Notes: generated by a model not told the origin, from the sequence alone. Shown: positions 40,050-54,398, numbered from the stretch's first letter. The stretch: 64,000 nt of DNA from Octopus sinensis (GCF_006345805.1 NC_042997.1:65782001-65846000); one strand, 5' to 3'. Made by a program: numbers and translations.

Positions 40050-41345
40050 AATAAGCAGCAGATTGTGTTGAGTCTTGTCGAATATACAACTTTTGTTGGT
40101 GTAAGCTAATATTAGATACAATTCCATTGCGCTGATGTTGCTGGAGTAATAAAATGTCCGCAGATCTCTCTATTATCAACGAGAATTAGACTGAGCTTAC
40201 GGAACAACAAACAAAATCCCTCAAAGCGTCCTCCATATGATTGGTCTGCAAACAACAAAGTGATTTATATCTTCAAGGTACTGCATGCAGAAAATTAATC
40301 AACTTCCCAAATTCAACATCTAGCAATTATGTCACATCTTTTATCGAAAAGCGACATAAGAATTAAAAGCAAACGATGAACTCCATAAGAGTCTGAATTA
40401 ATTAATAGAAGTGTAATCAGTTTAAGAATTTTGCCCATTTAAAGACAATCAAATCTTCCTGAATTTAGCAGGATCTTACACTTGCGATATTGGTTTCAAA
40501 CTTGGACACAAGGCTTGCAATTTCGAGGGAGAAGCTAAGTCGATTACATCGACCTCATGATGAAAGGATGAAAAGCAAAGTCACCCTCGGTGGAATTTTA
40601 ACTCAGAGCGAAATACCGCCAAGCATTTTGCCCGGCGTGCTAGCGATTCTACTGGTTCGCCACCCTACATACACTTACATTCATGATACTGAACAACAGA
40701 AATATACAAAACCAAAATAGATCTGATTTTTCTTTGTAGTTTCAAACAAACAATCGCCCCTGACATGACACATTGCCAATAAAACGAGTGACACAAGTAC
40801 AAATGATTCTAAATTTAAAGCTACGAACCTACAAAAACAACTACACAAATAGAAAGAACATTTCTGGAACCTTCTCAGTAACCCTAGTAGTTTCATATAG
40901 ACTCATAGAAACTGTTGTTAAACAGAATCTTACCATCAAACGTAGATATACTCAATGATGAGCTGGAAATGACCAAAAACAGGAACGTAGCTTGCTTTGA
41001 TGATATATCACCAGAATTCTAATGGTCAAAGGTATTCAGTATCTTTCAGTTTTGTAGTGCAGTAAATCGAAACCCAACTGAAAAATGGATTGTAGACTGC
41101 TTTCACCCATTCTCCAAAGAAAAGTTTTTGCATGTTAACAATTACCGGGTGATTATCCTTACAACAATACCAGCAAAAATTAACAAATTTTTGTTGAACT
41201 GCATTCAACCATAACTCAAGAAGGTTCTACGGAGGAAGCAAAATGAGTTCAGAAAAAGTCCATCTGTTGCTTGACAGATTTTAACAGTCAGAGAAATCGT
41301 TGAGAGAGGCAAATCTAAAAGTCTGCAATCAGTTTTAATTTATAG
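40050..41345 (+). mobile_element. RTEX/RTE-type LINE fragment (APE end to RT start), interrupted by a family A SINE at ~40555-40660 (-)
   Basis: RIRLSLRNNKQNPSKRPPYDWS; KEHFWNLL; NNYRVIILTTIPAKINKFLLNCIQP; KVLRRKQNEFRK...QILTVREIVE. Confidence 0.8.
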
Positions 41346-41889
41346 TTTTCGATTCTGGAGCAATTACGAAAATTTGAGGATAAGAAGAGGAACTTTCAAC
41401 TTTTTCATAAATCGGTAGAGAGGTAAAAATGTGAGTATGCAAGTTAACCAAGTGATGAAAGTGGTATAATTCACAAATTTTAATTCTTCAATGCCGGGAG
41501 GAGATGAAAATTTCAAAGTTATGAGAAAAAAGTCTCATTGCTCAAGACAAATCAGAGATGTTAGTCTTTTGGAGGAAATGTAGCCACCGGGAAAACATTA
41601 CAAAATATATTTAGAGGTGCATCCACGGTAGTTTTGTAAATTGGATGTTTTTAAGTTATGCACGTGAGTCTTGAAATAAAATGAAAAAGTTTTCCACTTA
41701 AATACAGCTTATATTGCAACTTCAATAATGAACCACCTGCTTGTATACTCTATGTATAGGGTGCTGTATACTCTATGATACTCCCTTTTAACTCAAACGT
41801 GGTGGGGCTGTATTTTCTCGTTCTTCCAAAAGTCAAACATACTTGAATAAATTTGCCGGAAACCGCCTTTCTTGGGGATTCAAGTGATA

Positions 41890-43545
41890 GGATCTTTTCT
41901 TTTTGAAAGCCAGATTTTTCAGATTTTTCTAGTTAACTAAATAATTTGAAACTTCGTATACTGGTAGAATGTGTCAAAAGAAAACAATAATTTCAACTAG
42001 TTTTTTTGACAAAAATGTATTTTATAAGTTTATACGTAGTTTAAATCTGCGAATTTTAACCAATCGTATTCTCTGTATTCAGTTGAAATTATTTGCTCCG
42101 TCTAAACATATTGTTACTGTGACGTAAACAGCACACACGTACTGTTTACTTTGGATGAATAATAAACACATATTCAGTGTTTTTGTATAGGCTTCGGGTG
42201 TTTTCTCTATACAATGTATATATTTACTATAAACTTGTGTACACGCTTTGATTCTTCAGTTTAACACACGCCTTGAACCGGTTATTTGGCTTGTATGCAC
42301 CCACATACACACACGTACCCATCCATACGCATACTCGCACATAATCAGGACCCCTCTGCGTTTTCGCTCGTCGATGTGCTAGGAATAACACCCAAATCCC
42401 CTTAAAACCATATACTACTGTGTTAAAGGAAGGGTACATTGGCTAATATAATCATAGATGCTATATCTGACAAAAAAGGGGGGGCGCAAAAATACGGGTT
42501 GGTCATAGTTGGAACCTTTGATCCTCAACCGGTTTTATCAGGATGACCTGAGTTAAATAGCAATAACAATATATCTGTAATATTGATTATAGACACAAAG
42601 CATATATTTTGGGGTGAGTGGAGGGTATAATCATTTATATCGATCTCCAATATCGAAGAACAGACGGCTTGTTTTGAATTCCGGTGAGGGTTGAAACCCG
42701 AACGTATAGGACCGTATCCCTAAACATTCTAACAGTCCTTTACCAAGCCCTTGTCAGCATGTAATATCATCTGATCCACATTATCTCTCTATTATTCGTC
42801 CACGCGTAAAAATATATCATGAAGGTGACATAGTTAAACTTCGACGAAAAATATAATGTAAAGCTGGCAGAATCGGTAGTGCATCGGATAAAATGCCTAG
42901 CGTCATTTCTTACGAATCTTTACGTTCCGTGTTCGAATATTGCTGAGCTTTCCTTCTTTCGGGCGGCGCTTATAGAATAAGTACCAGTTGAATACAATCG
43001 ACTAGTTCTTCCCATCAGCTTCAGGCCTTGTACTTACTGGGGAAAGAAATATTATTAAGGAAGGGGGTGGGCAGTTAAAATGTTTTAAAACGTGGATTTT
43101 TCAGAAAAATAAGATTTAATGCGAATTACATGTATTTTAGAGTGACGAAAATTACCGAAACCTCTCCAAAAATTTACCATCGAAATTTCATTTTATTCTC
43201 GACAGCTATTTCGAAAGCCCGCCGTATTTTTATTATTATTCTGTCTGTTTAGGACTTTGTTATATGGGACGGTGATGTTTACATTTTAGATATGTTAACT
43301 ACGTCACAAAATAGCTGTTTACGTCACAGTAACAATATTTTGAGAAGCAGTAAATAATATGAGGCCGAAAGAAAGAATATCAATTGTTAAAATTCGAATT
43401 TTTAAACAACGTTAAACTTAGAAATTACAATTCCGTTTTCATTTTGGTTTACAATTATGTTTTCGTTTGACACATTCTACCAGTATACGAAGTTTCAAAT
43501 TGTTTAGTTAACTAGGAAAATCTGGCTTTCAAAAGGAAAAGATCC
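41890..43545. mobile_element. Non-autonomous Mutator-like (MULE) element, ~240-bp TIRs, 9-bp TSD
   Basis: TSD CAAGTGATA at 41881-41889 and 43546-43554. Ends GGATCTTTTC / GAAAAGATCC. TIRs ~41890-42132 and ~43314-43545. Nested family A SINE at ~42860-43055. Confidence 0.9.
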
Positions 43546-46500
43546 CAAGTGATATATATCCTGATAAAAGAGTAGCTTAATTTTTTTTCAGTCAATTCAG
43601 GGTAATATTTTAATATGGTGCTTTTGTCTGTCAGCTACCCAGCTCAATAAACCAATGCCTTCGAACGGTAGGGTTTCTGAAGCAACACAATCACAGGTAA
43701 GAGGTGGTATTGTATTTTTGCGATAGAAATGCCTTTTCGAAATGGAAAAACAGGTATTGCTAACTTTAATTATACTTCTGATAAAGATCGTGTCATATCT
43801 AAGGTTTGATAGGAGATTAAAAGAAAAAAATTAAGAAATACTTTAGTGGTATTTGTTTTTACGTATAAACTAAATATTGGATTTTACTACAGAATATTAC
43901 AAGATTTATTCTTACTCTTTAGTGTTGGTGGTGAACAGATAATATAGTAAATTTTATCTGCAAGTCATTATTGCGTCATAACACATTATAATAATGAAAA
44001 GCGCAAAAAGAGTTGCTTAAGCAGAGAATAATTAAGACATATGTTTACTATTATTACAAAATTAAATTCCGTGGATAGCCGAGTAAATAGAGTTCTTATT
44101 GTCAAACAATAATTTTCCGTTAAGTTTTCTGTAATAAAAGAATTTACACGCGTCTAACTTAAAAAGTAATATCAAATAAGCTAGCTCTTCTAGAATTATT
44201 ATGAAATATATTAAGCCTTAATACTAAAAAAATAATCTATGAAATCTTTTGTTGGTCATCTAGTTTACGACCTTTCATATGATGTCTGATTAAGTCCTCG
44301 TCTTTTCCGTAAAGGCCGCCGTTCAAAGCAGGAACATTTTCGGAAAAACCGTCTAAAATATAAATTCAGACAATACCACAGTATTTGAAACTTACACTTG
44401 ATCAGGTGATTTGAATTTAAAATAAGCTTGTAACAGCATATAACTTTCTGCAATAATCCGAGTATGTCAAAATACGCTTGATTTTTTAAAGAATCCAGTC
44501 CAGCTGCATTTAAGATACAATGTAGCCTCTTAGAATATGTGGCGTCTTACAACTACTATTCTTACCGTTCATTCTTTTATTATAAGTTGAGCAAAATGAA
44601 AAATTAGGCAGTTTATTTCAACTTCCTAAAGCAATGTTTGCAAGATTCGTTAAAACTAAATTAATATAAACGCACTTTTAAATGTTGAACTTGTAGTTTT
44701 CTTGTTTTCCCCACCGCTAAGAATTTCTTTCCCAATACTTTTACCATTTCAATTTCCTTTAAGCAATCTGACTTTTGACTGCAATTTTGTAACATTTCCT
44801 CGCCCTCCAGCATTGAAGAATTTAAATGATTTATTTTTATATTCTTAAATCGTTGAGTTGTCAGTTTCACAGCTAAGCTAATTTGCATGCGCACATTTAA
44901 CATTTTTACCAAATTAATAAAAAAAAATTCCTTCTCTTCTCTCTTTATTTGTTAAAGTTTTGACATCGTTGGTTTCATTCACGTCTTCAAGTCTAGTCCT
45001 TTCCTGCATATCGCTACATGCATTTTCGACATTTTCTGTATACATATTCTATTCTCACCAATTCTTCATTCTCTGCTGTCCCCTTTCTCATTTTCTGTCT
45101 TTTTCCAATTCTAACCGATAGGTCCTACACCCTCTACTTCCTCTATTCACTTCTTTTATTTATGTATTTTTTCTATACGACGACTATCCGATCGACCAAA
45201 ATTATTTTGTATCAATATTGTTGAGCGAAAACTTGTCCTAATGTTCAAATACTTCTACCGCATCACTTTTAAACGTTTCATAATCCATTCTTTATTATCA
45301 TACCTCCTCCACACACACACACACCACCACCACTTAGCAACTGGTGGTAGTTTGTTCATGTCACCATAACTCAGCAGTTCCGTATAAAGAGACTGTTAGA
45401 ATAAGTAAGCAGGTTTCAAGAAAAGGAGTATTGGGGTCGATTACTTCGACTAAAACCCTTCAAGGCAGTGCCCCAACATGATCGCAGCGGAATTCAAACA
45501 AATAAAAATTAAAAAAGGTAAAATGCTAATATCTATGTTATTTGCAAGCAATTTATAAGTTGCTATGTCGAGGAAGCATGTCATAGTTGTTAAGATGTTA
45601 CACTTATAATCTAGAGACCGAGGTGTTAATTCTTGGTCCGAGTGGTGCGTTGATTTCTTGACCGAAGCACATCATTTCACGTTGCTCTGCAATCGCTTCG
45701 ACATTTGACGTGCGGTACATGCGTCCCTGTACAGATAACGTGAATTTGATGGAGGGGTGAGCTAATTTACAGCACATGCATTTGATTACTGTAAGTAAAT
45801 TGACAAGAAACTACAGAACCATCTTTCTCAGACTACGAGTATCAACCATCAGCATCATCGTAGGTTGCTGGTGTTGTCATTATTTTGTCCAAGATCAGTT
45901 CTAACGAGCAGATTTAGATAACAAAAAGTCATTCCGGTTTTGATCAAGTCTTGTTTTCAGAAATTGTATTTCGTTATTCAATATCTTATTTCATTTTTAA
46001 AATCGTTGTGAATGAACTGGCAGAGACTTCGCTGCTATGACAGGTAAATTACTTTACCATATGAAGGCTCCCTGTATATGTGTGTGTGCGCGCTCGCGCG
46101 TTTTCTATTGTGAGAGTATGCGTGTATAGTCTCTGCTAGACTGAACGATAAAACTTCTACTACATTAATGTAATTAGAAATTATTTTATAACCTTACTAA
46201 ATAATATTGATTTCTGTAATTGGCACGCACTCATGTTTCAGTGAAGGGCAATTAGATTAGTTAAGATTGTGTGATGTTCATTCTGTGAATAATAACATTA
46301 GTGACGTAAGTGAACTGATACCATTCTATATTTGGAATAAATTTCAGAGTCCTTCATAGTTTAGCAAACTGAACACATATATTGAATTTTAAAACATTTA
46401 AATATAAATAGCTAGACACACGAATATATACATACATATATACATACATACATACATACATAAAGAGAGAGAAAGAAATAGATATGTTTGCATTTAATAA

Positions 46501-46754
46501 TATGATGGAAGTTACATCATATCTATATACAGTAAAAGATAAATGGTTTTAGATAGATAAAAGCAATGAACATTGACGAGGATAAGGCGGATGGGTTTAA
46601 TACTAAAATAAGATTAAAGTTAGATTCACGAGAGGTGGGGTTTTTTAGTACACTGCAATAAATCAACATATAAAGAGGTTAAGTAGTCAACAAAATGGCG
46701 CCGAAAGGTTCCGTATGTTCATATTCATACACACAAACAGGCATATATTTATAT

Positions 46755-46806
<52 letters not shown>

Positions 46807-46957
46807 TATATACAAAGAGCAATAAGATTCAAGTTAATTAAATGAATTTACTTGAATATGTACCTAACTTAGATGCACCAAAAAAAAACTATACTGATTA
46901 ACAATACAGTAATGTGGGGTGATTATAAGCGAGAAAGAAGCAAAAGAATGGATAGGT

Positions 46958-47046
46958 TTTTAGTACGATCGTTTCATACAAGGACAGGTTTATTAAAAGT
47001 TGAAAGATTACAGCATATAAACGAGTCCCGTACTCATCAGCTAAAA
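46958..47046 (-). ncRNA. Type I hammerhead ribozyme (minus-strand arm)
   Basis: UUUUAG CUGAUGA GUAC...GUAU GAAA CGAUCG UA CUAAAA; all core positions intact. Confidence 0.85.
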
Positions 47047-47220
47047 TACTGTGAGTTACTAGACATCCTGTGTTTGAGGCTATCTCATGAAGTAATGTAA
47101 ATAAACAGATTTCTAAAGTTCATTAAAGTTCTTTAAAGATCTAATGAACTTTAGCAATCTGTTTATGTTACATTACTATGAGTATAGCTCAAACACTAGG
47201 ATGTCTAGAGAACTCAAGTA

Positions 47221-47311
47221 TTTTAGCTGATGAGTACGGGACTCGTTTATATGCTGTAATCTTTGCAACTTTTAATAAAACCTGTCCTTGTATGAAACGA
47301 TCGTACTAAAA
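47221..47311 (+). ncRNA. Type I hammerhead ribozyme (plus-strand arm)
   Basis: Stem I UUUUAG/CUAAAA, CUGAUGA 47227-47233, stem II GUAC-GGGAC/GUCCU-U-GUAU, GAAA 47294-47297, palindromic stem III ACGAUCGU, GUA site after 47305. Confidence 0.88.
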
Positions 47312-47341
47312 ACCTATCCATTCTTGTTGCTTCTTTCTCGC

Positions 47342-47373
<32 letters not shown>

Positions 47374-47449
47374 TTATATTTATGTTTGTATATATATATA
47401 CAGGCGTATTCACATATACCTAGAGATTCACAATATATGTATACATCAC

Positions 47450-47612
47450 AGGCGTAGGAGTAACTATGTGGTAATTAGCTTACTTACGAACCACGTGGTT
47501 CCGGGTTCAGTCCCATTGCGTGACACCTTGGGCAAGTGTTTTCTACTATAGCTTCGGACCGACCAAAGCGTTGTGAGTGGATTTGGTAGAGGGAAACTAA
47601 GAGAAGCCCGTC
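47450..47612 (+). mobile_element. tRNA-derived SINE, family B
   Basis: caggcgtaggagtaactatgtggtaa...ccgggttcagtccc. Confidence 0.88.
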
Positions 47613-48247
47613 GTATATATGCATACATATAATTCCGATGCACACTCTATCCCCCTCTATTCTTTCTATGTATCTCCCTCTCTTATTCCTCTTCCTTTCT
47701 GTTTTTCTCACCCACCCTTTCCCTATGCTCCTCCTCTTCCTTTCACCATTCTCCCTTTCTTTCTCTCACTCTTCCTCCTTGACTCTCTCGTTGCTCACAC
47801 GTACCCAACGGCTATCCATCTTCCTTTCTGTCACTTCCTTCCTAAAGACAAGACGTGCTTTTGCCTGTCTCTTCTCAAAGCTCGTTTTTTCATCGTTCAC
47901 CACTTCACATCGTCTTGTAAGCCGTTTGTTTTTACTGTTTTGTTCTTACTGTCCTGTTCTTTTTTTTACCACTTTAACCCTCCGCAAAAAATCCCAAATT
48001 TTATTTAATTTGCTTTGCGGGAAGGATTGTTTTAACTAAGTCGCGTCTTGTCCCTACCTTCGGAAACGCGGAGTAGATAAAACAGGGGACAACTGATGAA
48101 GGGAATGTTCTTTATGTTGCATGACTCGTTATTTTATTTGTTTTTTTTCGTTGTTTGAAAAAAAGTTCGTTTTCTATGTTTTTGTTTTTATGTCCTCGTT
48201 CCTCATTTTGTTGACATTTTTTGATATCCTGTACCCATATATGCATC

Positions 48248-48278
<31 letters not shown>

Positions 48279-48355
48279 GTATATATATATGTATATGTAG
48301 GTATGTACATATATGTATGTATGCATATATTCATATATTATTTATTATATATATA

Positions 48356-48388
<33 letters not shown>

Positions 48389-48396
48389 ACATATAC

Positions 48397-48443
<47 letters not shown>

Positions 48444-49206
48444 AGGCAAATAAGAAAATGGAGAGGGTAAACAATCGACAGACATCAGCCTGTAACATCA
48501 TTCAATTATATCTATTTATTATTTGATTACAATCGTATGTAAAAACTCACTTATCCTTATTCTTTTATTTGGTTTTATTCAACTATTTATTTACTTGTTT
48601 ATTTAATTATTTCGTTCGTTTATTTAGATCACTCATACATATAATTGTAATCAATTAATAAATAGATATAATTGAACGTTTACAGGCTCATGTTTTTGCC
48701 TTATAAATTCAGGGTAAATCTCTGTTTTACCACCACCCATACCTAGTATCCAATTGCAATAGTAAGCACTTGCATATGAATACGTAAGTATACATCCAGT
48801 AGTATATTGGATATTCATTATCCCTTAGATGGTTGCTTAACCTCTAACTCATACAAACATATGTGTGTGTGTGTGTGTGTTTTTGTGTGTTTGTATATGT
48901 GTGTGTGTTTGTGTGTTTGTGAGTCTGTGTTTGTCCCACCACCATTACTTGATATCCGCTGCTGGTGTGTTTAAGTCCCCGTAATGTAGCGGTTCGGCAA
49001 AAGAGACCGATAGAATGAGTACTAGGCTCACAAAAAATAAGTCCTGGGGTCGATTTGTTCGACTAAAGACGGTGCTCCAGCATGGCCGCTGTCATGTGAC
49101 TGAAACAAATAAAGAATAAAAGAATAAAAAGAAATCACTATATATATACGCACACACACACATAATATATATGCATATACATATACACATATATATGCAT
49201 ATACAT

Positions 49207-49360
<154 letters not shown>

Positions 49361-49474
49361 ATATATTATATATATATGCATATACATATACAGTGCTGAA
49401 CGTGCACTTATGTATGCATACATCAGTTATATACAGGCACGCACACACCATACACAAACACACATGCATGTAAC

Positions 49475-49587
<113 letters not shown>

Positions 49588-50551
49588 TTGTTCCTAAATA
49601 ATAATATTATCAACGATGACTTCAATATTTCGGCCAGTTAAACCATCATCATCCGACGATGACTCAAGTAGCTGAAACTTCGAAATCACTATCAATATTA
49701 TTCTTGTTTAAGAATAATAATTGTGTACTCTACAAAAGTACAGAGTAACAAATAAGATTACTGTAAAATTGTTTTTATTATAACTGAACCTAAAGCCAAA
49801 CTTTCATATAGATATATACGTACGACAGGATGCTGGAAGGATTCCTGGCTTTGGGTAAAAGAAAATACAGGAAGATCAGTTAATTATGATTTTATCCAAC
49901 ATATTCCCCTCTAAGATTCAAACACTCATTGCAGCGGTCCTTCACTTTTTCTATACCCTGTAAAAGAACTGGGAAGGCTGCGCCTCCGACCAGACCTTTC
50001 GCGATACCCTTAAAGCCTGGAATGTTTCAGCACCCACTTGCATATACGCATATATATGAGTATATATGTATGTACGTATACACACATCTTATATATGTGT
50101 ATATGCATATACGTATACATATGCACATACATACATACATACATACATACATACATACATACATACATACATACATACATACATACATACATACATACAT
50201 ACATACATACGTCCGTACTGCAGACATGATTGAGAGGTGAAAAAATTCGTTTCGCGACTATCGTGATGTTTATTTGGATTCTCAACCCATAGTTTTCTGG
50301 TCACTCCAGGCCTTGAGAATGAATTTGGGCTGATGGAAATGAGTTGAATCCTGTCGGATGTTATTTAAATAACATGTCACACATGTGTCACATTGTTTCA
50401 GTTGGGAAATGAGGTCACTGTCTGCCATTGCTCGTGCTCAATCAACGAGCAGGTCTTCTAATTGACCCAACAGCTGCACATTCATACATCGAAATGGGCG
50501 GGACAGACCAGCATAAATATGTGTATGTGTGCGCGTGTGTGTGTATATATA

Positions 50552-50582
<31 letters not shown>

Positions 50583-50604
50583 GTGTGGTCTGTCTGTCTG
50601 TTTG

Positions 50605-50640
<36 letters not shown>

Positions 50641-51740
50641 ATTTACACAGAGATAGAGCTAGCATTAGAAGGACTGACTGACACAAAATAATAGCAGACA
50701 GAAAGACATATATAACATGACTACACTTTTTTGCGTATTTGCTGAGAAATAAGACATTAGTCCAAGTTTTGCTATTAAAGCATTCATAACGACTAATGAA
50801 TAACATATGACATAAAACTAGTAATTTTGGTCGTCTGCTATTACGTTGAGTTCGTAATTATAAAGACGCAGACATATTCAACATTTATTCCGGAAAAATA
50901 TTACCTAATATAAGTAGCTTTACTCGAACTTGCATTCCTTTATGTATTGGAATGGCATATTATTTTGGACAGTCGGTAAATTCTAAGAAACCAAAATATC
51001 CCCGATGATTTTCCGCGTCGCAACAATGGCGGCTAACACATATTATATTCATCTGTCAAACAGCCAGTGTTCCACTGTCTTTGTGACTTCAGATTTCATG
51101 ACAAATATCATGATAACATGCCGCTATATCTATAGTCGAAAAGTTGCCTAACAGAATGCCAAGACATCTTAAGATTAGATTGAAGATAAAAATAAGCCGC
51201 AGAAAAAATGTTTTGTCTTTTAGTTTATTGGAAGCAATCATTGAAGCAGAAACAACAAACTTTAGTAATCCTTAAACACAAATCTGATTGGAAGAATATT
51301 TTCGTGTTTTACTTTTCTTCTAGGAAGAAGACAAGGCGGTGAAGGAGGAGGTGGTGGCGTACTTTTCAAGATAGTGCAGCAGCTACTCTATAAATAAACA
51401 TTCAACATTATTTCATTTTGTGTTTAAGTTGTTAAAGGTGACCGATAAAATAATGATTTAATATTGTTTTCTGTTTGTCGTAATTGCTGTATTGTTGTTT
51501 CTGTTGATTAAACCTCGAACAGTCCTAATTGAAGAGGTCAGTTATTAGAAGCATTACAGGTATGACCTCCTCATCTCTTACTTTCGGATAGTGTGTCTGG
51601 GACATTATCCATTATCGAGTGTGTATGTATTGTATGTACGTATGATGTATGTATATACAAAGAGAGAGGGGAGGAGGATGCAGTCAGCTAGGTAGATATA
51701 GATGTGTATATATTTATCTATCTAGCTATCTGCCTATATA

Positions 51741-51861
<121 letters not shown>

Positions 51862-52073
51862 GTATGTATACATATTTATATATACATATATATTTTCGGG
51901 TTTCAGTCATTTGACTGCGGCCATACTGAAGCACCGCTTTTAGTCGAACAATTCGACCACAGTTCTTATTCTTTATAAGCCTGGTACTTATTCTATTGGT
52001 CTCTTTGCCGAACCGCTAAGTTACGGGAACATAAACACACGAACATCGGTTGTCAAGCGATGGTGGGGGACAT

Positions 52074-52118
<45 letters not shown>

Positions 52119-52132
52119 ATATATATATATAT

Positions 52133-52527
52133 ATCTTTATATATAAAAGTGAAGTTGTGTGCTGTCTGTCTCCTACGATTTAGATTCCTTACTCCCACAT
52201 TTTTCGGTGCAGTTTAACCAAAACCGGGTATCTTATAGTCGTGATTCATATCGAGCCCTTCTGGGTATTAGCGCGCGTCTACGATGAGTCTACGATTTTT
52301 AAAATAATTTACCATCATTTTTTTCCATTTTAAGGCATATTTTTTTAATAAAGGGAAGTAACTCTCTAAAAATGTCTACGATGAGTCAACGATTTTTAAA
52401 AAAATTACCATAATTTTTCTTCCATTTTTAATGCAATTTTTTGCTATTTTTTGGGCTATAACTCTCTAAAAATGCTTTATAGTTATTTCCCTTACAAACC
52501 CGAGCAACGCCGGGCGATACTGCTAGC
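52133..52527 (-). mobile_element. Helentron/DINE-1-like HINE
   Basis: Reverse complement of 53011-53400. Internal ctacgatgagtc.acgattttt subrepeats. Confidence 0.7.
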
Positions 52528-52564
<37 letters not shown>

Positions 52565-53010
52565 ATATATACATAAGGCAAATAAGAAAATAGTCACCAT
52601 AATTTTAAACTATTATACTAGAGATTTAACTACTGAACTTATTTATTTTAAATTGATTTGCTTTATTCTCATTTTGACAATATTAGTTAATGAAAACATT
52701 GGGATTAGTGGTCTTTTCAGCTTTTTTCATCGGAAATACCGCTTCCGTCTTTTCTTCTCTGTTATTTCTGGCCTCTCAACTTGTAACTTCATTACAGCTA
52801 AGAAACTGAACTCTATAAATTTCGATATTTAACTAATATAAATTTATAAAATTATACTTTGAGGTTGAAACTGATTATTGCCTAAACTACTTTTATTAGT
52901 CTAGTATGCACGTTTATTTCTCTATGCCATTACCGTATTCCTGTCAATGTGTTGACTACTTTCTCTATTTGATTTATCTTATTCTGTTTCTATTTAAGTA
53001 TTTATATGTT

Positions 53011-53400
53011 ACTAGCAGTATCGCCCGTCGTTGCTCGGGTTTGTAAGGGAAATAATTATATAAGCATTTTTAGAGAGTTATAGCCAAAACAAATGAATTA
53101 AAAATGGAAAAAAAATTATGGTAATTTTTTTTTTAAATCGTTGACTCATCGTAGACATTTTTAGAGAGTTACTTCCCTTATATAATAGCGAAAAAAATGC
53201 ATTAAAAATGGAAAAAAATTATGGTAATTTTTTTTTTAAATCGTAGACTCATCGTAGACGTGCGCTAATACCCAGAAGGGCTCGATATGAATCACGACTA
53301 TAAGATACCCGGTTTTGGTTAAACTGCACCGCAAAATGTGGGAATAGTTAGGAATCTAAATCGTAGGAGACAGACACACAACCTTACTTTTATATATAAA
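53011..53400 (+). mobile_element. Helentron/DINE-1-like HINE
   Basis: ACTAGCAGTATCGCCC start and acacacaaccttacttttatatataaa end. Confidence 0.7.
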
Positions 53401-54398
53401 TATAATTGTTAGTACTGTGATTATGGCTAACTCTATATATTAATTATTTCTTTTCATTTTCCAGCCTCTTTCTTTTACCTCCCTCTCCTCTGAAATTTCG
53501 CCGAGACCTTCACTAATCTTGCGGTCTTCCTAAAGTTAATTTCCCTGAATTATAATTAGCTTCATCTCTATTAATTAAAAGCAGTATTTTATTAGTGTTG
53601 CAATAATTAATCGAAGCACTTAAATCAAGATAAATGAAGTAATTGAATAAGTAACGCTGGAATTTATCAACAATGTCATTCTTAGAACATGTTTTGGGAG
53701 TCAAATATCATGCTTAGCGCCTGCTGTTTGCCGTTATACAAACAACTTTTGCCAATACCTACCTTTATGAGCGATGTTGCTAAGCTTAATGACAATGTTT
53801 AGAATAGAAATGCCTTTAATTATTCTTTAAATTATGCCCTCATTCTGCTACAGACCTTCGTAGTTGACAGATTATACTCCTCCCCTACGTGATATATCTT
53901 AAATGCTGGTGATGCTGATTAGAAATTTCATTTGTTGATGAATCTGTTGAATAATCAACATATTACTGCTCGCTTCTTTATTTGCTAAGAGTGATAAGCT
54001 GTGTTTCATAACATACTACATAAAATGTTGGCTGTTGTGCATACGACATAACTGACTGTACCATGTTTAAGTCACAATAAATATGCTTAACAAAACGATT
54101 CCAACGGCACTAGATAACTCTTCGTCTGTTTTTTATGTTTTTATGCCACGCTAAATATTTCATTCATCGTTAGATACTTTTGAATGCTATATTGGGGTTG
54201 TGGATTTCCAAACAACAGTGAAATTCTTTTCATTGATGCATTCCGTGCAATGATAATGGATTACTACACTGTCTGATTTTCATTATTCTGTCTGTCAAAT
54301 AATTGTGGCATACTTCAGATAGTGGAGATCCTGAAAGATCGATCCTTTATGGATACCCTGGAATCATATATATGTATTTGTGTGTAATTATATTATAT

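Larger units (their letters stand above)
46929..47341. repeat. 413-bp palindrome (~197-bp arms) formed from a PLE-type terminus
   Basis: Arms 46929-47125 and 47142-47341, with several small indels. Centre tctttaaaga. The left arm continues into unduplicated family sequence to ~46800. Confidence 0.96.

Noticed and set aside
42680-42712. ccggtga gggt-tgaa-accc gaac, minimal HHR-like
   Set aside because: Stem II is good, but the core has several changes (CCGGUGA, GAAC) and stems I and III do not form.
44450-44912. 83-aa ORF and a nearby CKHC motif as a hAT/BED transposase
   Set aside because: A single short motif with many stops and no TIR or TSD found.
46690-46705. AAAATGGCG YY1-like motif as a promoter
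   Set aside because: An isolated short motif in repeat-like context with no supporting CpG island or gene start.
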